Positions 1 to 13,875 of a stretch of 64,000 bases of DNA are shown here, piece after piece. The stretch is from Sphagnum compactum (lineage: Eukaryota): NCBI GenBank assembly GCA_965153455.1, contig OZ234494.1, positions 7,316,001-7,380,000 on the forward strand, read 5' to 3'. Made by a program: the position numbers and the translations under genes. Position 1 is the stretch's first letter, and every line of letters begins with the position of its first letter. Under the pieces are notes generated by a model, which saw only the letters and a program-made list of their open reading frames with translations, made no database searches and was not told the DNA's origin.

Positions 1-2129
1 TGGTCTTCTAATATATGGCATTTAGTTTCTTAATACCCATGAATGTCAGATGTAGTTTTCATACTAGGATCATTGAATCTTCCCATTGGGCTTGGAAATG
101 CCACATATATTCCAAAGATTTGATTTCAATATCATATCCTTAAACATTGCCTTATAATGAACATTTCCTTTCATGCAACTAAACTTTTTTTTGCACGTTG
201 TGCCATGAAAAAATGAACTAGATGTCTTATTGGAACCTAGACTCTTTACACCATATTATCATACCCTTCATTGACCTACCCCTTCATGGTAGTCCATTTT
301 GGTTGATTGCATAACCCCTGACCTAAAGTCAGTGCATTAAAATGCATCAAGATGTAAATGATTTAAACCTTAATTTGATGGACATATATCCTCAGATTGC
401 TCCAAGTTTATTTTTTGTAGTTTAAAGCCTCCATCCATTGTTATGCTCTGATGCATATAGGTCTATCAACTAGTGTTTGGATAGATCATAATCAAGATAA
501 ACAAAGAAAATAGAATAAACCAACTACCTTTCATATATATGTTGCCTCACATTCAACAACCGAGAACCAATACAAAGGGCTTAAGCTCCTTTACTACAAA
601 GGACATGCCGCTTTCTACACTTGGATATTCAAGGAAAACACATTCAACATATACCTAGCCTATGAAGGATTCCTTATTTATTCATGGGATTTAGCCAAAT
701 TTTACATTAACCTAAAAAAATTTGTAAAATAGTACCTAAGTTGTAAGTTTGTGGGCATCATCCACCATGGTGCCCTTTACCAAGACATGACTGATATTTG
801 GTATGCATGAAAGGTAGGTATTGAAACCAACCTATGCATGGTGTATGCATGATGTTTGCATGTTCCATTTCTCCACACCAAAATATTTTCCTTCTTGAAA
901 AATTATATGTTTTACATACACAAAACCATGGGATTTGTGGTCAATAGCCTCTAGGTTATTTTGGATTTGTTTGATACATTTTATCATATTGGTTCTATTT
1001 GGATTTAATTTCTAGCCAATTAATTAATCATTTTGGTTCATTTAGAGGATTTGGCGAATATGATTTTTTCTTAAGGTGTAGTTGTTTATCCAATTTTTTG
1101 TGGTATTAGATGTGCAATCTAACCTATATCCATACATTTATTATCCATTAATTGAATCCTAATATGTGTGCCACCTATTGTGTTTGAAAATTCTTTTTTA
1201 TGAAATTTGTTTTTGGCAAAAGGACCTCAAAAAGGACAATAGTCCTACATGCAAAGTAAACAAATTGGTTTGTTAAATGTCGTTTGGATCGACATTTCAA
1301 CTTGTACATTTATATCTACACTTACATGAAATGTAAATCCTAAAATATATATACATACGACATTAATTTGTATTTTGCAAAATTCCCAAAAAATAATTTT
1401 CAAATATAATTGTTGCCAATAAAATTCAAACCCTATCCAACCTATTTTCTTCCCACCAACACCATAGGAAAATCATGTCCACAATGACTTCATTGCCCTA
1501 GAATTATGCAACTTATGTGCAGCTATGTTGCAACTTATATTCATGTTGATATGAGGGGAGGCAAGGGGTTCAAACCTTCACACTTACACCATAAGTTGAT
1601 AAGTTAAATTGGCTAGGTGGCCTAAGTTATTTAAATAACCTAACTTAGGTTCTTAATTTACTAATAATGATTTAGCTATGAATTCACAAATCCCTATTCA
1701 TTAAAGGGTTGGCCACTTTCACCTTAATAATTTTTTATAGTTCATTCAAAATTAAATAAAACGTAGAGTGAACACATATTGATGTAGTGCTACAATATTT
1801 ATTGTTCCTTTGAATATAATTATGAACATTGTGTTTCTTTAGGTATTTTGCATGTTGTATGTAATAATATTTTTGCATCGATTGGAAATTTGCCCATGTC
1901 AATTAAACTTGTAGACATTGTCACACCTTTTGAAACAATGGGAAAAAATTATGTTGTAGCGTTTTTAAATGATAAGCTCCAACAACGAAAAATGTGATGG
2001 ATTTTGCGTAAATCCCTATCACCAACTTATGTTTTACCTTCATGAAAATAATGTGCACTTCAACAATTTAATGATTGGGCTCAAGTCAAATACACCCATT
2101 TATCATTAATTGGTTTCACAAACACCATT

Positions 2130-3220
2130 ATTCCTACTCATGAGGCAGACATCTACCATGAAACTTTGAAGTCTTATGAGCGAAAAGTTTGGCAGCAAGC
2201 CATTAACAAAAAGTATGATGCTCTCATGCAAAACAAGACATGGACTCTTGTTGATTTGCCTCCAAACCATTGTTTAGTCCAATGCAAATGGATTTAGAAG
2301 TTGAAGTACAACATTGATGAGAGCATCAAGTGCTACGAAACATGCTGGATTGCTTAAGGGTTTTGTTGAACTCTAGATGTTTATTTTGATTAGACTGTTC
2401 TTCCTATTGTCAAATACGAATCCATACGAACACTTCTAGCTATTGTTGCATAGGAGGATATGGAATTGCTTCAATTTGACATTAAGACAACATTTCTACA
2501 TGGGGACTTTGATGAAGATCTACGGTTTAGCCTGTAGACTTTAAAGAAGTCAAATCTTGGAACATAAAGTTTGTCATCTTCATTAAGTCCCTATATGGAA
2601 CACACACTTATTTCTTCTAAAGGTGAATTAAGGTGTAAATCTTCAAGCTAGCATAGCCAATCCTTTTGTGTAATACACTATGATTGCACCTAAGATTTAC
2701 ACCTTAATTTACATTGACGATGAAATGGGCATGTTTAAGAATTAACTGAAGTTGCTTGAGGTGGTTGCTTATTTGAATCAAGAGTTTGAAATTACTATTG
2801 GTTCACCAAGTTGTTATGTTGGACTTCACATTTGGTGTAATTGTGATCTTTGCATGATCAAACTTGCTTCATAAATACCCTTCACAAGTTTGGTTACAAT
2901 CAATCCAAACCAGTTTCTACACTAGCTGATCCAAATGTTCAGCTTCATGCTACTTAGAGCACATATGTTGCAGCTTGCCTTCCAACTAAAGAAGTTGTTT
3001 GGTTTCAAAGACTTCTTTCTGATCTTGACTGTCCTCAAGAGGAGCCCACTTTGTTTTGGTGACAATTCATCTACAATACATTTGGTGTTCAATCCTAAAT
3101 TCCATAGACTCATGAAACACATGAAACAAATCAATCTACAATGTCACATGCTCAGAGAATTTTCTAAGCAGAAGGAAGTTGCTTTGACTTATACTTTCCT
3201 CAGCAAGTGGGAGTGTTGAA
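2130..3220 (+). mobile_element. Degenerate Ty1/copia LTR-retrotransposon pol remnant (RT and RNase H) with PPT and start of 3' LTR
   Basis: Manual translation gives WQQAINKKYDALMQNKTWTLVDLPP..CKWI*KLKYN..., YESIRTLLAIVA*EDMELLQFDIKTTFLHGDFDE and LIYIDD (copia RT motifs), plus DNSSTIHLVFNPKFHRLMKH (RNase H end). It carries many stops and deletions. Purine tract AAGTGGGAG is followed by TGTTG at 3214. Confidence 0.9.
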
Positions 3221-3916
3221 TGTAGGTTTTCAGTTACATTGAGTAAAGTATCACCAGAGCCATGTAATCTTTACATGCAATATTACATCAATATCAAGAC
3301 ATTGCAAACATAGTTTAATTTTGAATTACCTGCTTAATTGCTCCATCTCATCTCCGGCTTAGTCTCTTGCACATACAACCCGTATCTACAGTAGATACAA
3401 GGACTTGATCTTCTCTCTTTTGTTTCTGTGTTCAGCACTATAGCTTTTGTAACCAATAAACAATGTACACTTTGTGCACTCTTTTACTGTATGAACTTGT
3501 ATGTAGAATGCTTTACATGAGTAACACTTTAACTCTTTCTGTCAAAGAAGGTCAAGCTTCCAAACTTAGATTCCCAATCCAATGAAGTACAAATTTCACC
3601 AACAGATTATTTGCATGAGTCACATGCACAGAGACTTACATATTGTCTTGAATTATTTTTGTTTGCAAAATATAAACCAAAATACTTTCATCTCCACACT
3701 TTCAAGTTTCAACTCAATGTAAGACCCTTGATTTGCCTTCTCTCCAAGTCACTGTCTACTGGCTCCATGACAGCTACTAAGTACACTTATTATGCTTGAG
3801 GTCACAAATTATTCCCCAAACTGTATGATTATAGGACGTGTCTGTAGCAAACTGTGGTTGTATTTATATGGACACCAGAAATGATTCTCCTGATGGTTGA
3901 GCAACTTGGGCTGATC

Positions 3917-6900
3917 TCATACCTTCAGACTGGGAGGAATCCAGATGTAACCCTCTGTTCGCACATAATCAGCTTTCACATTCAGCAGTTCATCTGCTTC
4001 TTTAGGTCCCCGACTTCCTTGTTTGTAGGGACTTATCTTCAGCTTCCCCTCATCAATCCGATGCAAAAGAGGTGTGAAGATTTCCCATGCCACCTGAGCA
4101 GAGTGACAAAACCCAAAATACATCACATACTACAAAGTACTTGTGAAGGTCCTAGACACTGGTTTTTCTTTCATTCAACATAAGTGCAGGCATAAGTGTG
4201 CACACTTCTAGCCTTTGATTGCTACTTAGTGCATCTTGCAACTACAAAAGTTGTATGCAAAACCTATGGTCAACCTGCAGAGAACTCCCTACAGTCCACA
4301 TACATCACCTGCTGACTGTGCCTGACCACATTAGTGTTACACCAGTCCACAAAGACTCCATAAGCACAAGAAAATGTTACAGGAAAGAATTTACCTGCAA
4401 CTCATCCCTCCGCACAAAGTGCTGTTGATCTCCCCGAATACTATGAAGACAGCAAGGACAATGAGATATGTCAGCATAGACAAATTGTATACTCAACAAT
4501 TCACACCAAGGCTCCAAGAAATCTACCACCACGTGAGAAACAATTCCTCAAAAACACCAGGAATCTGTTCTCCCTCGAAGATCTGCTGAATTGCAGGAGA
4601 TGGAGATGGGATTGAGATTGCATATGTCCACAGACAAAAAAATTTGGGCAGGGAACAAAGAGGAATGGCAGAGTTTATTAAAGTTGTGCAAGGAAAGTAC
4701 TGAAATCACACAACAATATAAATAGTGTGGGGTCGTTGAGGGAGTACGTGTCCAGAATAAGACGTTCATAAGCTTCAGGGATAACAACATCTTGATAACG
4801 CTGTTGATATGACAGATCCAGCTCACTTTGTGTTGCTTTCATTTCCAAACCAGGTTGCTTCACCTGTCAAACATATTTTCACCTGCACTTGGTCAAAATG
4901 CAGGCAACATCCTTTGCAAACCTCCAGATGATACAGTCCAAACATGAGATGAATACTGTTTGGGAAGCAATGTGAAGAAACTCACCATACAAACCAACAA
5001 CTGTTCCAATGACTACAAGCTACAACATTTAGGGTTGATGAGAAGGCTCCACAACCCCTCTTACTATTGTAGCTGAAGGCATTCCTTGTGCTGAAACCCT
5101 CTACAGGAAAGATGAGAATTCGATTGAGAGTTACATACTGTAAGCTTCATGTACATAGCCTCTGATGGTTGCAGTCTCATCACAAACTCATTCCGTCCCT
5201 GATTCTTGCCTGTACAGAACATAATTTTGTATAAGTTGAATGCACCTTGAAACCACAAATTGGTGAATCAACATCCCATGCAATGGATTCTAGCTCAAAA
5301 TACAGACATACATTGCATTGCTTGTCCCTCTCTCTTTCAGCAACAGTAAATAATAACAGATACTTCTCTGAAAAATAGTAGCCATTGAAAGTTCTTACAT
5401 TTGAAAATATCACCAGGAACATCTTTGAACTGCACACGGATTTCAGCTTTCCTTGAATCCAAGGCCTTGCCTGCTTTCATGACAAATGGCACACCTGCAA
5501 AAAGTAGACCAGCATCTTACAAACATTCACCCAGATCTTTCTTTAAAGCTCCCAGTGTCAATAATATCAATAGGTAACCAACTAAACTATAAGGTGAGCT
5601 CAGGCATCCTACCATCCCACCGCTCATTTTTTATGCGTAGAATGATACTAGCAAATGTAGGTGTTGAAGAGTCCTTGGGGACAGTGGGGTCATCCTTGTA
5701 GCCTTCATATTGTCCAAGCACCACATCCTCATCACAGATAGGCTGTACTGCTCGCAGGACCTGTTCATCAGGAATACAGAATTTTCAGAATTTCAGCAGC
5801 ATTGTCCATGAGCACTGCAAGAAGCTACAGTCAACTATAGAAAATATTCAACCTTCCCCTGGACCAGACTGATGGTGTATCATTGCATTGAATGGTTTTA
5901 GAATACCAGGTGATCTAAGGGACAAAGTGTTTGAAGGGATCTTGGCAATCTGAACCAATTCTTTGGCCATATATTAGGTCTTTGATTTGCACAAACTGAC
6001 ATTTCAATGGCTGAAAATAGAGATCAATTAATCATGATAGAGGACCCCATAAACAACATTGAGAAACTTTTTCTGAGGGAGTTTTCACAAGAAAGAAGAG
6101 GATTAACACACCTTAACTTTCTCGTCTCTAACATGCTCAGGGGTGAGTGTCACTGGTTTCTCCATGGCAACCAGACACAGGACCTAACTTCAAAACAACA
6201 ACATCCTTAAGCTCTCTCTCCATATCATATACCATTAGTGTGAATTTGCCCAATGCCCACCTGCAACCTTGACATCCATTGTCCTTCTCCCCAAGGGCCT
6301 AAATTTCTCCAGAATTGATAAATTCATGCCACCTATGGAAGCCACCATTCCAACCATATCTAAATCTGGAGTCTGATATTGATGTCTTTCACCAACTGCT
6401 CACATCAGAACACCACAATACAAAAGACTGACACCAACCTGGAGAAGATGGTTTTGAATAATATCCCGGATAATTCTGCAGCATCCACCAGATAACAAAT
6501 CAATATTCCTTGAAATGTGGACTCTTAAAGCAACCTACAGAAGCCAATCATTTATGCAACAAACTAGCATTTGTCTAACACATAGAGTTCTACACAATAC
6601 TACACATAGGGCTTCATATGACTATTATCAGAATATAATCTGCAGAGGATCCCAGTTGTGATCCTGTGACAATCAAAGGCACAAACCCATATTCATCGAA
6701 ATAACCACCTCGTCCTTCAGTCCCAAAGTCCTCCTTGAAAACAATCTGCATTTATGCAAAGAGCCATTGTAACAAAAGACCAGGATTCTGCTTGGTCTCA
6801 AGTTCACTGGACATGGAAATACTTCTCAGGGTGCAGTAAATCTACTGCACCTTCCTGCTCCTGTCACAACTCTTAACATTATCTATGCCTCAATCTATTT

Positions 6901-9752
6901 TCAATTATTCTCTTTATCATACTCCATCTACCTCAACAGTTTCACATTCCTTAGTCTTTGGACATGCACAGCTTCTCCCTGATCTCACTTTCTTTACACA
7001 CCTCTGCAGTATGCCAATGTGCTGATTTAACACCATATTCAAGGAGAATTGCATACCTGAATGTTGGCAATGTTGTCTCGGTTCCAAAGGGGGACAAAGA
7101 ACCGATTTGCAAATCTCATAACCAGCTGCATGTGACCACAATGACCCCATTGCACACTTCAGAAATCACCAATGGCCCAGGCAGTAAGAGTGTGCAGAAG
7201 CTAAGTAGGAAAGAGTGGAACAATACAAATGCCACATGATTTACATGCTGATAATCAACAAATACCATATATTGCTTTCCACACTAAAACAGGGCCAGCA
7301 ATCTTACTCTGGAGTCCTGATGTATTGCAAGAGTCTTCTCTTAATCAACATATTATAGCAAAAGGAGCACCATACCAGATTCTGAACAATCTCCTTGCCA
7401 AGGTAATGATCAATTCGGTAAAGCTGCTCCTCTGTGAATAGCTTCCCCAGCTCAGAACTTAAGGCTTCAGCTGATGTCAAATCCTTTCCAAAAGGCTTTT
7501 CTACAATAACTCGTGACCAGCCTCCTGTCACATGAAAACCATACAACTCAATTCGCCAGGAGGAAACCTGGGCAGAGAAACATCTTTGACCTCTCTAACT
7601 CAGAGCAAGACTTCTCCAACCAAATAATCCTCACCAACAGGTACACAAAATCAGACACACTATTGATTTGGTAAGAGGTTTATAGTTATTTGTCCACAGC
7701 ATGCAACAACCCTGGATATGTTGCTTCTACAAGGATCCGATACTCTCTCAGGAAAGACAACTCATGTAGGATGTACTCTAAGTCTATCTTTTAAAGAGCC
7801 TCTGTAGTACTATAACATCCATCCTCATCTGCATCTTGCTGTGTGAATTGAGAAAATAAAACACTATAACGTTGACTGCCAAGGAGGACAACTTAGCAGG
7901 CCCTTAGCAAAAGCAGAAGAAGGGATGAGAGAAAGAAAGAGGCCATACGAGGATTCATGCAATGCTTCCGAACCATTGCACTCACAATGGGGTAAATTGA
8001 TGGAGGGAGTGCCAAGTAGAAGAGCCTGCGTGTTGAGCATGTTGTTCCACACTTTGCTTCTTCAGCACTTGAAATCTGTTCATTCAGCTTGACATAGCCA
8101 CTTTCTTCATCGTAAGGCCCAGATATGTATGTGACCTGCAATAAGAAAGATAGAATACATGAGCTCTTCATTGGTCTTGACATGCTTTTGGAATTGGAAC
8201 TCTACCTAATTTTTTCTAAAAAGGTGGTGCTGCACAAACAGGTCATTCAGGATTCAAATAAGACCCAATGCCAAAATCACGGAAAGATTCCTCCATAATG
8301 AATGAAAAGTAAATCCCCTGGATAATCTCAACTCAAAACACTACATAGGGCAAGAGGTTCTCTCAGCTAAAGTCTGAAAAGTATGGATAGGTTAAATGTG
8401 GTTCCAAATCCACAACAAATTCCCAGCAGAATGGCATATGACTTGGATGGTGCCAAGGAAATGTCAAACTGAATATGTCAAACTGCTCACTTCAACAAGG
8501 CATCAGGTACTAGGCTACCAAGAATCCTAAGCACACAACTACCAGGAAAAAACTCTCTGAAAGAGCTGGCTATTGATGCCCCAGATGCAGCAAACTGTAC
8601 TGTTGCTTGATCCACAGGTTACTGTCAATTTTGATCTTGAATTGTGCGAAGGTGATTGAGCTTCCCCTCATTAGGACATCATAAAACAGATGAAGGATAG
8701 ATGTCAAAACAGCCGGTTAAGAAAGCTCTCTGGTTACCAGACTGAGAAATTGGTTCACAACCAACGTTGGATCCATTGTGGGATCTGTCCGATCAGTTTT
8801 CAGGTACCTAGACAGCAGGGAGATGCACAAATGATACATCCCACACATCAGATGTAAAAGCAGCACAAACATTCTTTTCTGTGACATAAGCAAGAGCAAT
8901 CTTTCCTACTCTCCAAATTTTGATGCTCATGTGTCCATATTATCGAACAATACACCTCAAACTACCTTTATTTTGTGCCCATGAGATGTGGATTCACAGG
9001 CTCTTCACAGTCATAAACATATGTCATTTAAGAATGATTCTTGTGTACTCTCAAGAGACTGTGCGTACCCACGCAGCCGATTGTGCAGTTCAGTGCTTGT
9101 CATTTTTGACCTAGCATACCCAAAAATTTGCAATTGATCATTTGGTAAAAACCCCTGTAACCCAATCAGAAACCTCACACTTAGTACCCATCAGGGAATT
9201 CTTACTAAGAGGGAGTTGACCAGTTGTCACCTTGATTTCTGAACCTCAAATACTTGTTCATTCCTCTCAAATCTCAGCTCAGTTGCTAGCCAAATGCTGT
9301 ATTGTCCTAGCAATGGTGCTTAACAGAATATCGAATCCCAGAGAGAACCTAAACTAATTGTCAAAGATGTCCTGTACTGCCATCTACAAGTGTGATCCAG
9401 TTCAACTACCATAGACCTCAAAGTTCAAAATTCATTGAACCCTTCATTTGAGCAACAATCACTTTGCTGACAGTACCATCACCAATTACAGGTGCAACAG
9501 AATGATGTTCACTTGGAATGGCACAGAGAAGAGAAATACCTGTTTGTAAAGGTTGAATATAGCAGGGAATGTCTTCTTCTTTGCAAGGTCACCGGAGGCA
9601 CCTAGTATAACAACTGAAAGGCAACCACCAGCAACAGTTTTTGCTTGTGCTGGAGCATGTGACTGCGGGTTTTCAATTGGTGATGGAGGGGCAATTAGGT
9701 CATCACCAAGTGTCGATGGTGATGCAACTGTTCCAGTTGTTGGTGGACTCAT
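3917..9752 (-). CDS. G6PD: Glucose-6-phosphate 1-dehydrogenase, cytosolic type, 531 aa
   Basis: Coding exons: 9540-9752, 9069-9154, 8738-8807, 7949-8135, 7376-7524, 7057-7125, 6687-6745, 6439-6475, 6112-6183, 5613-5760, 5399-5494, 5139-5209, 4748-4863, 4395-4440, 3917-4093. All introns are GT-AG and the total is 1596 nt in frame. Motifs [57 protein letters not shown] and C-terminal GYIWIPP match plant cytosolic isoforms. Confidence 0.97.
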
Positions 9753-10587
9753 TGTGATTGTCAATCTGACAACACTGTGTGTGTGGCTATAGAGGATCAA
9801 TGTACTGCAGCAGAAAAGTTGTTTATTCAAGCTTAGCCATCAGTTGCTGAAATGGGGTTGAAGAATCTACCCTAGTAGATGTCCTGCCACCCCAACCATG
9901 AGAGTTGCTCAAGATCAGCAGGAGAAGTTTATCCCTATACTTGTGGCCTTTTTCTCCATGGCGAAGTTTTCACAGTATGATCTCTAGGAAGATTGAGGAT
10001 TCAACTGGTAGCAACAGAACAATTCTAACTACGACTTACAAGGAGCCTGTTAGATAAGCCATTTGCTATCAGATACTCGCTCTGAACAAGCAAATGATAC
10101 TGAGCATTGAGATTACGCAGGTGTTGACCAGATTAGAAGCATCACAATCCAGCGAAGAAGACGCTGACAACACAAAAAAACGAAAGGAAAAATAAAAGTT
10201 CGGTTCTCCAGCTTGTTATGTATCCTCACAGCATGAACAGCTTTTCGCCCTGTAGAATCTGATCTAACAAAAGGCAACTTCCAAAGTATGATTCTCGTTC
10301 CTTAAGAAACGATATTCCGGCAGAGCACTAATAAGATACGATTTTAAACACACATTTAGCAACCGAGCAGCACCGGGCAAGCTCCGACCTCTCTGACTCT
10401 AGATGAGAAGCTCAACCACCACCAATTCAGATTCCGCAATAATGCGCCGCGGAACACAAATTCAGAATACAGAATGAGAAAGGAAACGAAAGGAAAATAT
10501 TCATAAAACAAGCCAACAAAAATAAAAAGAAAACATAAGTCCAGATAATGAAACAACAGGAATGGAATTGAGAATTAATTTAGGTAC

Positions 10588-10900
10588 CTTTCCGGCAGCT
10601 CTAAGAGGACTGGATTGCGGACGGACCAAACCCAGCGGCGAAAGATCTTATGCGGAGAGATAATATGACAAAAATACCGAGAAAAATGAGCCAAATGACG
10701 GGGTCCTTGCAGATGTCCACTCCGATGTCCGAGTCCCGAAAGAGAAGAGAAACATTAACAGAAAGAGATAGAGAGATAGGGAAAACAGCCTGCTGGAGCG
10801 CAAGCGAAGGATGCGGTGCAGTGTTCTGCGAAAGCAACAACAGCGGCGAGTGCGCAAGCGAGTCCAAAGAGGAGGGTGCAGTAGTAGCAGCAAGACCGTA
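10588..10900 (-). other. Probable non-coding first exon (5' UTR) of G6PD
   Basis: GC- and CT-rich segment ending in donor AAG|GTACC at 10587. An acceptor CAG lies 13 nt before the ATG (exon start 9765). The TSS position is uncertain. Confidence 0.55.
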
Positions 10901-12257
10901 GTTTTTGGCCCTTTCTACCTCTTTTCAACGGGCTGCCCGCAATCGAGGTCTTGAAACCCCCGTGTCTTCTTCTCTGTCAAGCATCAAAGTCAGAGTCCCT
11001 TAAATTGAGTACTTGGTAAGGCCCTTAAATTCAGGACCTTGAATTCACTATTTTTTTCATTGATCCTTGTTCACTACAACCAATGAATTCACTCAAAATT
11101 CAGTGAAGTCACTTGGGGTATAGGGACACCTTTTATTGTACCTTTTGTTATAAATAAAAACCTCAAATTTTCTTTAAATTATTTTTAAATATTACAAATG
11201 TCCCATGCTAAGATTAAATCAAGGTCTTTACGTTCAAATCTAACGTTTTTGAGGCTTAAATATGACTACTAAAGGTGTATTCACACTTAATGTTAAGTCA
11301 GTGTTAAAGTAAAAATCTAGGTGGCATCTGAGGTGGCAGCCAATGTTAATTGGGTGATTGTTTAATATTAAGGGAATGTTAACTTAACATAAAATTTTAA
11401 TGATAAATAGTTCTAGGTCCTAAATGGCTAGCTTGGTGAAGAGATTTCATTGGTCCCTTTGAACAAGGGATTAGTGAACTGCACCCACATTTTGTAATAG
11501 TGATCTTGCTTATTTTAAGAATACCTTCCTCCTTGGGCATTATTATTATTTCATGTAAAGCACTAAAGTTTCAAAATGTGCAACCCTTCTGTAGAGAGAA
11601 ATTTCTACTCAATTAACACATGCCTTCCAATGACATTTGAAATTTTCTGCTAATACTTTACATTTAAGGTAATGTCCCAAGGCTGAGGCATCATCAAAAA
11701 AATTAATTTGCTATTTGGTTGGGTTGGTTTGGTTTACTATCGGAAATTTTTAAATTTTCAGAAATACAAAGTATATAAAATTTTCATGAATCATTTGGGC
11801 ACATGTAAATGGGGTATTATAATATATTGAAGGTAGCACAAAGCTCCTCCCCTCTCAAAGCCAAGAAGCAACCATAGCCAATATTGAAGTAGCAGCTCTA
11901 CTTATTTATTGTGTGTTTCAGATGAAGAAAGATTTCTAAATTTCGGCTTTGTTGCATTGATATGGTATTTCAAAGGAAACAAATTTCACTTAATACTAGG
12001 CAACTTACGGTTAATAAAACATGAATTCTGTGTGGTGCTGCTTATTATGCCTTTGGAACCTTTCTTTTAAATCATGTCATGGGCTTCTAAATTCAAGATG
12101 GGAGCTTTTGGAAACCATGTGGGGGATGTTATGGTAGTTGGTCAATTGATACTATACATGTTGCTGTTGAAGGTCTCTGAAGCTGCATGAAATTGTTGTT
12201 GTTCAAATCATTCTTGGGTTTTGTTTTTGTTCATATATTCTTTTGGGTTGTTCACAG

Positions 12258-13875
12258 ATCTGAAGCTTCTATAATCTTATTGTTGGATCACCACCCAATT
12301 TGCTTAAAATATGGAAGAGATTATCCAACCTTTGCATGCATTTGCAATCAAACAACTTATTCTAGGTCCTTGTATGCATGGTCACATCTATGTTGCAACA
12401 ATCCCAATGCTATTTGGTCAAAGGGGTTGTACCTAATCCATACTAGTTCAACTCAATTCACAAATAAAAATCAAGAGCTTCATGAGTTGTGTTGATCACT
12501 TACTGACCAACGAGTTTGACAAGAAGTGGGGAGCAACACTTGCAAAGGATGAGTTTTAGTGTTATGTTCAATTTGAAGAGTTCATGCAAATTGCACATCA
12601 AGAAACCCAGAAATAGGTGATTGTATTTTTTTCTGTGTCATCACCTTTGTGAAAAACAATGAACAGAAGGAGATATATGGACATCAACCCACTCACCAAT
12701 ACAAACGATGCTACCAACTATTGCCTAATTGATTCACATTTGTCAAGATGATGTTGGTTGAGAAACTACCCTCTTAAATCTATTTTGATCAATTGATACA
12801 AAAATGTTGTTGTGGAGTTTTCTCTGCAATCTCCAGGAGATGTGTTTGCTTCTAGAAAAAGGGTTGTAATGTGAGATGTAGTCTATGATTTTTGTCAGTG
12901 AAGAAGGCAAGGGAGGGAACAAGACCTATTTCTTAATTCTGAAAGTGGCACTGGAGGCTTAGCATAATGCAATTTGGATGCGTAATCTTCAAGCCTTCAA
13001 GGAAGCATCTGAAAGAAACGCCCTCTCCAATATGTGCCAGTGGAGGAGGACTTGCAACCCTCAACCCAGAGTAATACATAAGCATTTGATCAGATGAAAC
13101 ACTGCCTTCCTTGCCAGTACCTTTAGTTTCTAGCTGACTCCAATCAAAGGCTTATCTATACAAGAAGCCAGAGTGTGCTAAAAAACTAGTTCTATATTTT
13201 TTGAGCACGTGACATTGGATTGAGAATTCTTCCTGACTCACAACAACTAAGCAACACTAGGAGGAAATGTAAAGAAAGAAGAACTTGCAAAAATTTCCAG
13301 TGAAAAGTAGACAAAAGTAGACAGTACTTGGTGATGTCATTGGTATAATGCATCATAAAATTAACAACTATGTCTATGGTGTCATCCTAGAACCTCCAGA
13401 TGTAGCCTCAAATATTCACAGATTATAGGGATGTTCGTCGCAGTATACTGATTAGCTACTAGTGGTGGAGTCTCTCATGTTTCTTATGAAGGCAATAGAT
13501 ACAAAAGCCCATGCAATGAAAGAGAAGATTCCTATAGCGAGCAGAAGTGAAAATCCTGCTGCCATCATATCTATGCACCGGTGGAAAAACACCCCCAACA
13601 TCACTCCTGATTTTTTCAAGGAAAGTGTACTTCCCTTTCTGTGACAGGAAGTTCACTGATTTGGTTTTTTTCCTTCAGTCATAGAACCTCAAGCAGTCCA
13701 TTGATTGATTCCTGTAAGCATCATGGGTAGATAAAAAACTAGCTCTTTCAAACGACTGGCAAAAAATTACATCTAGAAACTGATAATTCTTCTCCATGCA
13801 ACACTCAAATACAACTAGCTACCCAAATTTGCTGCGACCCATGACTTGAGGATCCCAGCTGATTCAATTTTTTGA
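12258..13875 (+). pseudogene. Possible decayed coding sequence of unknown family
   Basis: A pyrimidine tract and CAG precede 12258. Protein-like frames are interrupted by stops, e.g. HLLTNEFDKKWGATLAKDEF*CYVQFEEFMQIAHQE, KTYFLILKVALEA*HNAIWMRNLQAFKEASE and PDFFKESVLPFL*QEVH*FGFFPSVIEP. No family recognised. Confidence 0.3.

Noticed and set aside
3810..3919. Stop-codon readthrough giving a peroxisomal G6PD isoform
   Set aside because: The context is TGA-GAT rather than TGA-CTA, and the extension ends in QFGE, which is not a PTS1.
13459..13644. Minus-strand frame giving a TM-like peptide (MMAAGFSLLLAIGIFSFIAWAFVSIAFIRN)
   Set aside because: It is the antisense shadow of the plus-strand frame and I could not build a stop-free spliced model. 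The true coding strand, if any, is unresolved.
12258..13875. Stops repaired by U-to-C RNA editing
   Set aside because: That editing is an organellar process in some plants. This is nuclear, TE-associated DNA and mutational decay is the simpler explanation.
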